DNA of 64,000 nt from the human T2T-CHM13v2.0 reference genome, Homo sapiens, in NCBI RefSeq assembly GCF_009914755.1, contig NC_060925.1; one strand, written 5' to 3'. The notes beneath the pieces are model-generated. The model was given only the letters and a program-made list of their open reading frames with translations, was not told the DNA's origin and did no database searches. The position numbers were made by a program, and so were the translations under genes. Below are positions 24,492 through 45,795 of the stretch, piece after piece (within the stretch, counting starts at the first letter, position 1; each line of letters starts with the position of its first letter).

Positions 24492-24701
24492 AGTCTCTCT
24501 GACCTTTCTTCTGCCCTCCAGCCTGGGTGACAGAGCTAGAGTCTGTCTCAAATAATAATAATAATACAATAAATAAATAAATAAATAAATAAAGTACGCT
24601 TTCCATTCTTGGTTTGCTAAGAGTTTTTGTCATGAGTAGATGTTGAAATTTATTGAATGGTTTTCCATCATCAGTGACATCTTCTGGCTTTTCTCCTTTA
24701 A

Positions 24702-24970
<269 letters not shown>

Positions 24971-25173
24971 TGATCTGCCCGCCTCGGCCTCCCAAAGTGC
25001 TGGGATTACAGGTGTGAGCCACCGCGCCCAGCCTTATGTCAGTAGATTTTCTAATGAACTAGTCTTGCATGCCTGAAGTAAACCCAATGTGGTCATTATG
25101 TTTTTATACATTACCAGGTTCTATTTGATAAGTATGTAATTTAAGGGTTTTTACATCTCATGGGTAAAGTTGA

Positions 25174-25419
<246 letters not shown>

Positions 25420-25461
25420 TAGTAGAGACAGTGTTTCACTGTGTTTGCCAGGATGGTCTCA

Positions 25462-25970
<509 letters not shown>

Positions 25971-26343
25971 GGAGTATCCCTCTTCTGCTTTTCTATATAA
26001 ATATTTCTGAAGGGTAAGAAATACCTATTCTTTGAATGTTTCATGGAAATTTCCCCTAAATCCACCTGGGTGTCAAGTTTTTAAAAACGGAGCTGAAATT
26101 CATCTAACAGAATGAACCATGTTGAAGCAGACCGTTCAGGGGCACTTAGTACATTCATAATGTGCAGTCCTCACTGCTGTCCAGCTCCGTAATACTTTCA
26201 TCCCTCAGAGTAGATCCGGTGCTCATTAGAAGTCATCCTCACTCCCCAGTCCTCTCTCCCACAGCCTCTGACAAACCCTATTTGACCTTCTACCTCTATG
26301 GATTTACCTATAATGGATGTTTCATGTAAATGGAATCATATAA

Positions 26344-26775
<432 letters not shown>

Positions 26776-26819
26776 TAAAGTGCTGGGATTACAGGCATGA
26801 GCCACCACACCCAGCCAAG

Positions 26820-27073
26820 AGCTGATTATTAAAAAGAGTTTCGCACCTCCTCCATTCCCTCTTGCTCCCTCCCTTGCCATGTGACAAGGCCAGCTGCCCC
26901 TCCTTCTGCCATGAGTGGAAGCAGCTTGAGGCCTCACCAGAAGCAGATGCTGGCACCATGCTTCTTGTACAGTCTACAGAACTGTGAGCCAAATAAACCT
27001 CTTTTCTTTATAAGTTACCCAGCCTCAGGTATTCTCAGGTATCTTTTATAGCAACACTAAATGAACTAAGACA
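26820..27073 (+). mobile_element. MST-family LTR 3' part, after an L1 fragment (~26085-26490) and an Alu (-) at 26500-26816
   Basis: cttctgccatgagtggaagcagc...gaggcctcaccagaagcagatgct...gaactgtgagccaaataaacctcttttctttata...aactaagaca. Confidence 0.8.
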
Positions 27074-27221
27074 CTTTCATATCTCTTAACCTCTTTTTCA
27101 TATTTTCAGTTTCTTTACTTTTTTGTACTGTATTCTGTATAATATTGTTTTCTGTGTAATATTTTCAGATCCACTGTCTAGTTCATAATTCTTTTTTTTT
27201 TTTTTAATTTTTTTGGGATAG

Positions 27222-27584
<363 letters not shown>

Positions 27585-27609
27585 TAGATGTTTTATTTCT
27601 TTTTTTTTT

Positions 27610-28547
<938 letters not shown>

Positions 28548-28794
28548 TAGGCGCAACTCACCACACCCAGCCCCTAAATTTTTCAATGACCAGAATTAAT
28601 CAATTCTATCCTTTCCTCCAAAAAGATAAAAACCTTAGTCTGTTCTCACTTCAGTCCTCATTCTTCTTCTCCTTGAATTAAGCATCCTTGAACTTCTCCT
28701 TGCAATCCCAGATCTTAGTTCTCTATTATTATTAATTTTTTAGTTATACATAAAAATTACTTAAACTTCTCTGACTCAAAAAAAAAACCTTCTC

Positions 28795-28905
28795 CGTGAT
28801 GTGATTATTATGCACTGCATGCCTATATCAAAATATTTCATGTATCCCATAAATATATACACCTACTATGTACCCGCAAAAATTAAAAATTAAAAAAAAT
28901 TTTAA
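28795..28905 (+). mobile_element. Short L1 (L1MA-like) 3' terminus
   Basis: tgatgtgattattatgcactgcatgcctatatcaaaatat...cccataaatatatacacctactatgtaccc plus an A-rich tail. Confidence 0.75.
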
Positions 28906-28952
28906 AATTACTTAAACTTAACTATAAGTTATAATGGCTGCTTTGCTTATAA

Positions 28953-32000
<3,048 letters not shown>

Positions 32001-34569
32001 CTTTTAGCCTTTGGTCTTTTCTTTGGTCTTATTTCTCCATCACACAAGACCCATCTGTTTTCTATCTTTCATGAATTCCTGAAACAGTCTGGTATGCCAA
32101 TAAACACTTTTGTTTTTCAGTAATGGGTTTATTCTGAATTTCAGGAGATTTTCAGATGTGTAGCAGGAGGGCTATGGGACTCTTTGTGGCCCTCCATATC
32201 CATGTTACATTACACTCCTGGCTATGACCTGTCACATAGTTGTTCTGTGCCACTTTGATTAACAGCACAGTGTACCTTGTCTTGGTTGGTCTTCATGCTT
32301 ACAGGAAAAAGACCTGCCAACATCAGGATTTGTAACCAGAAAAGGCATTGAAAACATATCCTCAAAATCAGGCTATCAAATTTTAGAAGGAAACCTTTCA
32401 GACCTAGAATCAGTTATGGAGAAGTGAGATGATAAACAGTTCCAGAAACTGTAAATGGACTGCTTCTAAGCCACAACTTGTCTTCGTACACACTGATGTA
32501 TACATAATATGGCAAAGTTTTATGTGCAACTGAGGGTGTGGCATTTATGATTCAGAAAGAATGAGTTCGTGTAGATGGAAATGGGCATTTGGGTGGGGAT
32601 TAGGCAAGGACAGAATTATAATGCACGCCGGGTGGATGGTAACACCTCTTTTTGTCTATACCAAAACTGTTCAGAGAAAACTGTATCCATAAAACTGACT
32701 TTTTGCGATTACTAAATACATAGAATCATTTAAGTATCCAATTTGAGAAAAAAAATTACATGAGTAGAAGTCATCCACAGATGAGTAGTCCAGGTTTTAG
32801 AGGAAAAAAACTTTAAGTGAACATTTCAGTTGGGTAAATTCAGTTTCTCACTGAGAATCTTCTCAATCTCATCTTGCCAGATGACAAATGACTGTCTATT
32901 ATTGTTAAGGTTTGTGGACTCTTACAAAAGGAACAGTCGAATTGATTCAGCATCAGCTAAGCATGGAAGAAAAAAAAATATGTAACTGTGAAAACAAAAA
33001 CAAAACAGATTTCTGGCTGCTGTCCTCAGAAGCCTCCCGCACAGACGATGTTCCTGACAGGATCAACAAACGTCGCATTTCACTGTCCCACAGTGCAGCT
33101 TCGTCCATCAGCCACTGACTGGCATGGGCCAGGAGCAGTGTTGGTCTCGGTGACAGTGACTTCCTTGCCCTGCTCTGAATGAGTGTCCTTTCTGTGAAAG
33201 TAGGTCTCATGGTTCTAGGGCTGATCCCAGCGCCATCCCACAACATTTCAGTGTGCCCGACAGCGTGCCTGGCAAGCAGCGAGCTCCTGACAATTGGAAG
33301 CTGCTAATGCTGTTACAGACATCTGCAAGCAAGTCAGATCAGCCAGCTTCCATCACGTGAGACACCTTGGAGGACAAAGCCACATTGTGTGGAGGAAAAC
33401 ACACCACCATTCAGGCCCATCGTCATCCTGCTTTCTCCTATACTCAGTCTCCCACAGTGCCAGGTAGTTTTCTGCCTGTACTAAGAAGGGTGAATGGAAA
33501 GGTGAGATGTAAAAACAAACAAACAAACAAGGGCTCGAAATGTCTATGGGAAGATAAAATTGTAGCAGTGCTTTAGAAAACAAGAAGCGCATGATTAAAT
33601 GGACTGTTGTTTTCTTTAGAATGCGGGTATTATCATTGGTATTGAGGTGACGCATTAGGACTTTGAGGTGCCTCCCCCACCCTGGCCTCTGCGCTGGCAG
33701 TGAGAACCCAGCCCGTGCTATCTTCACAGTTCTCAGCCCATGGAAGCACAGGCCACCTGGGCTCCTGCAAACACCAGACGTGTAATTAGAGGCTCCTGGG
33801 CTGGGATGATGTGGTGTGCAGACAAGTCTTATCACGCGTCTGAGCCGCTGTGGGTGCCTGGAGTTGCCTCTGCAGCCCGGAGCGGATGAGCGGAGGCTCC
33901 CGTGACTCACCCAACTGCAGGAACTGTCAACTGGCTTCTGCCCAGCCAAGAACTTTTATCAATCACTAAGTAGAGACACTGTGTACAAGGACACCGGTTC
34001 ATCCAAGAACATCAGGACAGCCAGGAATTCAAAACACAAAACACAGCTTCCTGCATGTTGCACCCCAGGCGGCTCTGAGGCTCAGCCCAAGGAAGGTTTG
34101 GGGCTCGGGCCAGAAAGACACGATTCACTCTGACTTACACAAGAGGGGAGTGTACAAAAGTCATGCAGTCTCAGGGGAAGGCACTGGGCTAAACCCTCAT
34201 GACTGTAAAATGAAGAAATAGGCATGAAGCATGACTAGGGTGTTTATTTGACGAGGACCCAGAGTTATGTCCAAGGAATGAAGGCGTTGCCTTTCTACAA
34301 CAGAGCAAAATGTCAAGTTAACTGATAACATGTACATTCCTCAGGACTGGTCCCTCAGTGAGACAGCGTTTTTAGCGGGGAAAAAAAGAACAAATATAAG
34401 TGTTTTCCTGGATGCTGTTTTAGGGAGCTTGCTACAGGTTTACTTGCTTGCGGTTCCTGGTAGGTTTCAGGATTCCCAGGGTGAGAGGTGATGGGCCAAA
34501 GAGAGGCACGCTAAACTGATAGCCTGAGATCACAGCTTCCTTCCTTCCTTTCCTTCCTCCCTTCCTTCC

Positions 34570-38560
<3,991 letters not shown>

Positions 38561-39169
38561 GGGAGAAGTCAAGACAGGAACCTGGGTTTTAGGCCAGTAC
38601 TTTGTTGTGTGACATAACCATCTTTGAGAACTCAACAGTGCATAAAGTGGCAGCTAACACGCAGCTGATTTCCTATTGGCATCTTACTTAGCAACAGAGA
38701 AGAGTGTCAGAAGTCCCGGGCTTGACCTATGCCACGAGAACTCTTTAGAATTAACTTGCTTTGTGTGCTGGTTGAGGAATAAGTTGACAGGCAGAAGGTG
38801 CTAGGGGATGTGTTCCGGTGGTAGTGTGGCATTGGCATGGCGGCTAGGCACATTTGCTTAGCCAGGAAAAATCAGGGAAAAGGTATATGCTTGCAAACAC
38901 AAGTAAAAATACAAAGGTAAGATGGAAAGCAAACAGAACTAATGAAACATATTCTTGACCATATGACCAAGAAAAGGTAGTGGAGGGGAGGGGAGAGGCA
39001 AAAAGTCTCAGAAGCAGACAAAGTTCTGCAAGTGCTGCATTCAGACATCCAGTCAGCAGGGACTTACTGCACCCCTGGGTCAGGCAGTGCGTCATGACAG
39101 TGCACAGGAAGCTGAGTCCCTGCGCTTGGGGAGCTGTCCCTCTTTGGCCAGGGTGCCGCGCACACGGGC

Positions 39170-40000
39170 CTGCGTGATCTGGAACTTAACTGTTTCTACT
39201 ACTCCCAGGTATCTTTTACTGTTTTTCTCCATCTCCACTGGCCAAGGCAGTCTTGTCTCAGTTCAGGACTACAGTAGCCTCTGTCCATTAAGTCTTCCCG
39301 TTTCCTTTTGCTTCTCTCCGATCTGTCCTCCACACAACAGCCACTGTCCTCTTAAATCACATCACCTTCCTCTCCTGCTTAGGATCTTTCAGTGGCACCC
39401 ACTACACTTTTCCAGGCCCCTCCTCCTCCTGACAGCCACTTTCTGGAAGCTGCTCAGCTGTTTCCTACTTCAGGGTCTCACACATTGTCTGCTTCCTCCA
39501 CTGGTAACATGCCTACCTGTTCACTCCCCTCCCTCAGCTTCCATTCTAACCCTTCAGAGCTTAACACCTCACAGGTCCCATTATCAGTCCTCATTGCTCC
39601 CATTGTTCATTACCTTTTTATTTAGCACTTAATATAAGATGTAATCATAATTAACATTATCTGCTTTAAATTCCATAAGGGAAGGGGATGTGTTTTCGCA
39701 GGATCCAGCATGGGGCTGGGATTTAACAAATGTCTGTTGACTGAACGTCCCAAGCCTGCATCTTCATCTGTAAAATGCCATAAATGACACCCAGCCTTTA
39801 GATGACAAAAACAGTTCTCATGTATGGGGCCCTCACTATGTACCAGATAATATAGTTTATATGCAGTTGTCACAAAATAATTCCCACCTCTCTGCCCATT
39901 TTACCAATGAGAAAACTGAGCTACAGGGATTTAAAATAATCTGCCTCACACAGAATTAGAAAGGGATGAAGTTGCAACTTCAACCCAGATAATTTGAGCC
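39170..40000. mobile_element. Degenerate L2 and MIR fragments
   Basis: ggactacagtagcctc...tttcagtggc...aacaaatgtctgttgactga (L2-like); catctgtaaaatg and cccattttaccaatgagaaaactgag (MIR core). Confidence 0.55.
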
Positions 40001-40659
40001 CTCACTCTTCACTCTGGAGAGTGGCAAGACAGTGCAGGTGCCCGATGAAGGTCGTGGAGGGCTCCCACCCTCTCCCAGGGGACAAAGGAGCCTGCAGAGG
40101 ACAGTGAAGAGAACCAGGCACAGGGCTAGGTGACATGGGACTAAGCCCCCTCACAAAGAGCACTCCAGCCCCTGCCTCCATCCAAAGGCTGCCAGGAGCC
40201 CATTTGTCCACTGTGGACTTGCCATCTCCATGACAGGCCAAGGCAGGTGCAGATTCCTTGGGTGGCCTTAAGCAAGAAGCAAAGCCTGCCAAAGGGCCCA
40301 GAGTAACCGGGACCTCGTCCTAAAAATCAGAATGAGTCAAACCAAGTCTACACATCAGAACTGGTTTCTTCTGTCACGTTCTCCTTGATGTGGACTCCCA
40401 CCCCCAACGTTGTTTCTGATAGTAACCCCAGAATCCAGTTCTCTTTCAGTTGTTAAAGGTAAAAACAAACAGCTCATTTCCACTGTATACTTTCATAATA
40501 TGTGAAAAAGATTGCACAAATTATGTTTCATTCTAAAGAATAAGAGTTTCAAGAATACATTAAACTTCAAAGAATCTTCGCTTGTGCTTAAAAATAATGC
40601 TGTCAAATTGCTTCATACACTTTATAAGACTTTAGGCAAGAAACATTACTAATGGTATC

Positions 40660-42138
40660 ATAAATAAGTATTATAACTTTATTAAAATGAAGACAATATT
40701 CAAAATAATGCAACAAAATGAATAAAATCCTTTGTCCAATACTGTACACATAATGCAGAAATCAGTGCATTTTTCTTAAGCATGTTTTAACCTTCATTTA
40801 GTTCATACTAAAATATAATAAGCTTTAAATAGCTCAAATAATATTCAGCAGTTTAAACTGTAAACAGCTTGTTTAACTGTTAAGAGAACATTGCAGTAAT
40901 GTACCTCTGTTAGTGAGCACCTTCTCTTCTGTGCTTATCTCTTCAAGATAAATACATGGAAGGATGTGAAAATCGGAACACCAACTATGTGTCTCACTGC
41001 ATCTAAGTGAAGCAGCCACAGCTGTGAGAGTTTTCAAAGCAGAAAGATGCTGATGTGACCTCTGGAATTCAGACATACTGAGCTATGGGTCAGAAGTGTT
41101 TTACTTAAAAAGCAAACAATCCCCAGGAAATACTGAATAGGAACCAGCAACACAAGGCCAGCTTGTGTTGTATGTTTATTAATACAGTCTAAAAAAAAAA
41201 AGCAAAACCACAACACACATCCCCAAACAATAACTCTCAATCACATAGCTAATTGCTTCATTATTTTGTAAAACTGACATCCTAACACTGGCACCTAGAA
41301 TACTTTTCCATCTGAGTCTAACGTACCCCACTGCCTCTAATACGGCCCGCACTACGATGAGCTACTTCAGTGGGTGGGACCAAGCAGGAACTGTAAGGGA
41401 AAATTAGTCACTAGTTCTATTATCGTTTTATTTTTCAAGATGTGTGACAGGTACAGGTGACAATATGGTTGCCAAGTAACCTGCTCTCCCTCCCTCAACA
41501 AGACGCAACATGAAACCTGGAAGTATGAGGCCTTGGTATGATTTTTAACCTAAGCAGGTACACCCATGGTAAAGAATGGATACCCTGCCCTCCATGGAAA
41601 AGATTGCCTGCAAAAATAAATGGAACAAAATAGAAAAGGCCTAAAAGCCAGAAATCTTCAAACTTACTAAACAAAAATATTTTTTAATGATTCTGATCTA
41701 AACAATACTGTATCTTCTTCCATTTGCTCAATTTTCAGTCTATCAGGACTCATTTCTCCAGCTTGAGTTTATTATTCTGAATATATATTACTCTACGATA
41801 GTAACTAATTGGTTAACCTGCAGCTATGGTCTATGGTTATACCACAAGTTTATATATAGGTATGTAATGTATGCATATATAAAAAGCTTCCCCATCCTCC
41901 CCTCCCCACCATCACATCTTTAAATTATAGACTTGTAAGACTTTTTTCCAACACTAACAAAGTCAGGGTTTCTCAGCATAACAGCATCTCACAACTGCTC
42001 TAAACCTTCCACATGAAGACAGAGAGTTCAACTATTTTATTTTGCAATCTAAGGGATTTTTCTCTGCACTTCAATCAAACTGGAAAATTGAGAACCATTT
42101 GCTCCTATGTAACCTCTGCTGAACCATGACCCCAAGGT
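40660..42138 (-). terminator. ERRFI1: ERRFI1 3' UTR (~1.5 kb) with distal AATAAA at 40683-40678
   Basis: Repeat-free AU-rich stretch after the stop codon. Minus-strand AATAAA at 42041-36, 41773-68, 41432-27, 41180-75 and 40683-78, the last followed by a GU-rich element. Confidence 0.8.
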
Positions 42139-43325
42139 CTAAGGAGAAACCACATAGGATAAATGTTTACGCTTCACGTGGCCACCCAGATCCATTTTTG
42201 TTTTTGAGTCTGGCTTTTCTGTGGCTGAAGATATACCGCAGTCAGCAGGTAATGGCTGGATTTGGGCGCCTCCATTTGTTTCTTCTGCTTCCCTAAAAAA
42301 TTTTTCATATTTGTCCAGGTATGGTGGTCGTTCAGGTAGTAGGTAATAATGTGTTGAACTAACCTTCTTCCCATTTTCAATAATGGGCAGAATGCAAGGA
42401 ACCTTACTGGCAGATCCTTCGCTGTTCTGTCTTTGCAGTGCTTTGCTGCTGACATACTTGGGATCAGGGGCAAAGCTCTGTGTCGGGGGCATGACCCCAT
42501 TGAGGTAAGACGGAAGGCTTTTGGGACTCGGTGTGCGCGAGTTACTCGGTGACAAAGGTTCTCTTGGCGGTACTTTGGGAGGCCTGTCTTCATCACTATA
42601 GGTGCTCGAAGTAACTTCTGCTGACCATCTTCTATAATCTGGCTTTACTGGTCTAGGAGGTATGGGAACTCTGGGGGGAACCTCAGGTTTGTCTTCATCG
42701 GAGTTAGGAGAAGCTCTGTGTATACAACAGTTGGATATCCTTATGGCTGGCTTGTTAAAGGAGCCAGCTGGTCCCGAATGAGACCTTCTTAATCTTCGGT
42801 GGGTCTGAGGTGGAGGAGGATTTGGATCTGGGACACCTCCATTTTGGTCAGACACATAGCTGAGATCTGCTGCAGAAACAGCTGGGGTATCAAAATATGC
42901 ATAGTTGATTTGTCCACACCCACGGAAGCTTCGCCTGCCAGGAACATCATATTTGAAATCAGAAAGTGTAGAGTCTTCTAAAAGGAAGTCTGTATCTGAG
43001 CTAGTTAGGAATTCCACCTCACAGTCTGTGTCATCCAGAGAGAGGGCTTCAGAGATTGGCAACGGTGGAAGAGGCCTAGAACCCCGTTCACAAAGAGGGG
43101 CACAGGGGAAAAGGGAAGGGGAGTTTTTTATGGGTGTCAGTGGAGGGGTGGAAGCACAAACCCCATTCACTGTGAGTTTCTTAAAACCACATACAACTTG
43201 ATCCTCTTCATGTGGTCCCAAGTTTTCACTTGGGGGAATAAGAAGAGGGGGCAAGCTGGACTTTTGAGATGGACCATTTTCTGCAAAGCAGTGGCCATTC
43301 ATCGGAGCAGATTTGGAAGCATGCC
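42139..43325 (-). CDS. ERRFI1: ERRFI1 (MIG6/RALT) exon 4 coding part, 1187 nt; proline-rich region and EGFR-binding region
   Basis: Acceptor ctctcgttcattccag|GG. Encodes (G)[13 protein letters not shown]...[25 protein letters not shown]...[21 protein letters not shown]...HLSYVVSP*. The ORF-track 387-aa entry is this exon read from an internal Met. Confidence 0.98.
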
Positions 43326-44236
43326 CTGGAATGAACGAGAGATATTAATAAAAGATCAACAATCCTCTCTCCACCTGTGTGAGGGAGAGAGCACCCCAGC
43401 TACCTATGCTTCCACAGCTTTCTTCCTGAGTGAAACACTTGACTGCTGTCACCCCGAGAACACCCATGCAACCACCACAGGTGTAATTAGAGAGCAGAAG
43501 ATTCTTAACGCACATGGTGTGGTTCAAAGAACAAACTATCTCCTCTATCTCCCTTGGACATGTGCACAGCGCACACCCACACATCACAGGCAAGTTTTGT
43601 GACGTGTGTAAAATTCGCGGAAGATGAATAGCATATAATTTACATGAATACCATACTGTACCAGCCTTGCCATTTAAGACATGCGACCATACTAGGCACG
43701 TAGGGTACCAATGAGATAAGACAAAGTCCTTATTGCTGGCCCATCATAATATTGTGAGTGAATGGACTTGCCTGCAATGTGTTCAGTTCACACACAGCTC
43801 TTGACAAAGATCCAAGGAACAGAATATTCACATTAAAAATACTATTTTTTAAGTTTTGAGGAACATTTATACTATTTTCATCTATTACTGTCAAACATGC
43901 ATTCGATACTAGTAAGAAAGGTGGGAAATCTCGCCTAAGGTTTCATGAAGTAAAGTATGCATCAGAGCTGGAATGAGAACTAATTCTTGATTTTAGAAGA
44001 TCCCACGTCCATGAACAGTCCTACTTAGCAATCAGTGACTCAGAATGAAGGCAGTCGAGTACAATAGCTTGAGAAAAACACAGTTATCTTCTGAATCTGT
44101 TGCCACTAGGGGTCAGGCTGTTGTTGGAAATAGTTCAGGTTTCCTCATTTAAAAAATAATGCTGGAGGACAAGCTAACCCGAATCCAGACTGTTCTTCTC
44201 AAATGCTTACTGTGATCAGATTTTCAGAATACATAC

Positions 44237-44313
44237 CAAGTGGTATTAGGCGCTCCTGAGCAGAAGAGTTCAGACTGTAGGCCATGGTTATCGGGTCAAT
44301 ATTTAAAAAGTTG
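44237..44313 (-). CDS. ERRFI1: ERRFI1 exon 3, 77 nt
   Basis: Acceptor ttcctctcctttcag|C and donor CTTG|gtatgt. Encodes (N)[25 protein letters not shown](G). Phases fit exons 2 and 4. Confidence 0.97.
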
Positions 44314-44423
44314 CTGAAAGGAGAGGAAGCTACTTTGGTCATAAGCGAAGAGCAATCACAGCCTCTCCCATTTTAGTGTCACATATTTATCCAGATTACA
44401 GCAGCATTACATCCTCTACTTAC

Positions 44424-44548
44424 TTTTTAAACTCACTGCGACTGCTCCAGTAGGTCTTCCTCATATTCCCCATGGCTCGGCCATTATGTAGAAATCCAGT
44501 TTTTAATGGGACTCTGATCTCCTGAGCAGCAACTCCTGCTATTGACAT
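44424..44548 (-). CDS. ERRFI1: ERRFI1 exon 2 coding part (start codon), 125 nt; whole exon 44424-44621
   Basis: ATG at 44548-44546. Encodes [41 protein letters not shown]. Donor AAAA|gtaagt; acceptor tctcttctacctcccag| at 44623-44622. Total CDS 1389 nt. Confidence 0.97.
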
Positions 44549-45760
44549 TGTGCCTTATTCTGGGACATCTCCAAACCTGTGAGGCCCAGGCACTTTAAAA
44601 TCAACCAGTAGCTTTCATTCCCTGGGAGGTAGAAGAGATGAGAGAATAAAGAAAACAATTCAGAAATACCTCCATTAGGACAGTCTAAATTACAGCAAAG
44701 CTAACAGAGGATTTGGGGGATGCTGAATAGAAAAAATTAGTTGTAGACTTTCACTTAATTCTTACAGCTCGTGAGGGTACTTATATGTAAACACTAAAAA
44801 TGGTTTTTTGTGTAAATGCTAATCCAAAAGACATGAAATGTTTTAGTGAAATGAGAAATAATCTATTGCCAGCAAAAGCAGACCTCCTACTGCACAGCCT
44901 GAGAGTTGCACAACAAATCACACTCACTTGGCAATGCACACAGACCCTCCCCTGACTTATTAAACCAGCCTTCTAAGTTACGGCTGCACTGGGCATGAAG
45001 CACCAGTGGATCCTGCTTATTTTTCCCAAGCTAAAAAAGTAATTTCAGAAGCCACTGTATTTTATGCTGTAGAACTAATACTCACTAAAACACAATGCTG
45101 AAACTAAGCAAGAGTTTCTACAGTATTGGCACCTGACTACCCCAGGGTCTAGCATTTATCTGGATTTTGTATTTCAGGGTTGGCCATGGGGAGACAAATT
45201 CTCCAGTTACTACTTGTTCAAGGAACAAACAGTAATATATGAAGATACTAATTTCCATTATCCTGTAAAAATCAAGTTCTGCAAGATTACTGGCTTCAGT
45301 AAAAGCCTGGGACAGCTTCCTCCCTCCCTTTTAAAGACAAGTTAAAGGTACATTCTTTACATCCTCCTTTGTGAAACACCCAGTAACTCATATCTTGCTT
45401 AGCTGCAAGGCATGGATAACAAAATAAGTACATTTTTCTTAAATTAGTAGTTCCTCAACTTCAGGACCGCCAATCCCCTTTGTCAGATGTTACAGGTCTG
45501 GAGTCCCTATAGCCCCCTTTTCACTTTCCTTTTTTATTATTCGTTATGTGTTAGTCAGCATCAATCTCTGCTGTCTTCAGATAGCCAAGTTTATTTATAA
45601 GTTTAGGTTTTTTTCCTTAGGCACCAGGATATTATTTGTCAACTATTGTGTAACACTGACCCCTTTTGGGGGCACGTACATATACACTCTTTAACACGAT
45701 CTCATTCTCTCACTAAATATTAGTAAGGGATCAGTGCAAATAATATCTGCACAGCTGAGT

Positions 45761-45795
45761 GCTGGGCACTGTGCAAAGGCTGGGCACTGTGCAAA
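45761..45795 (+). repeat. Two-copy tandem duplication GCTGGGCACTGTGCAAA (18-nt period)
   Basis: Identical 17-mers at 45761-45777 and 45779-45795. Confidence 0.85.

Noticed and set aside
33353-33949. 198-aa minus-strand ORF, in frame with ERRFI1 exon 2 if an AG at 33916-33915 were used
   Set aside because: It starts at a non-ATG codon, has no recognisable similarity, and that acceptor has a poor pyrimidine tract. The acceptor at 33482 is far better.
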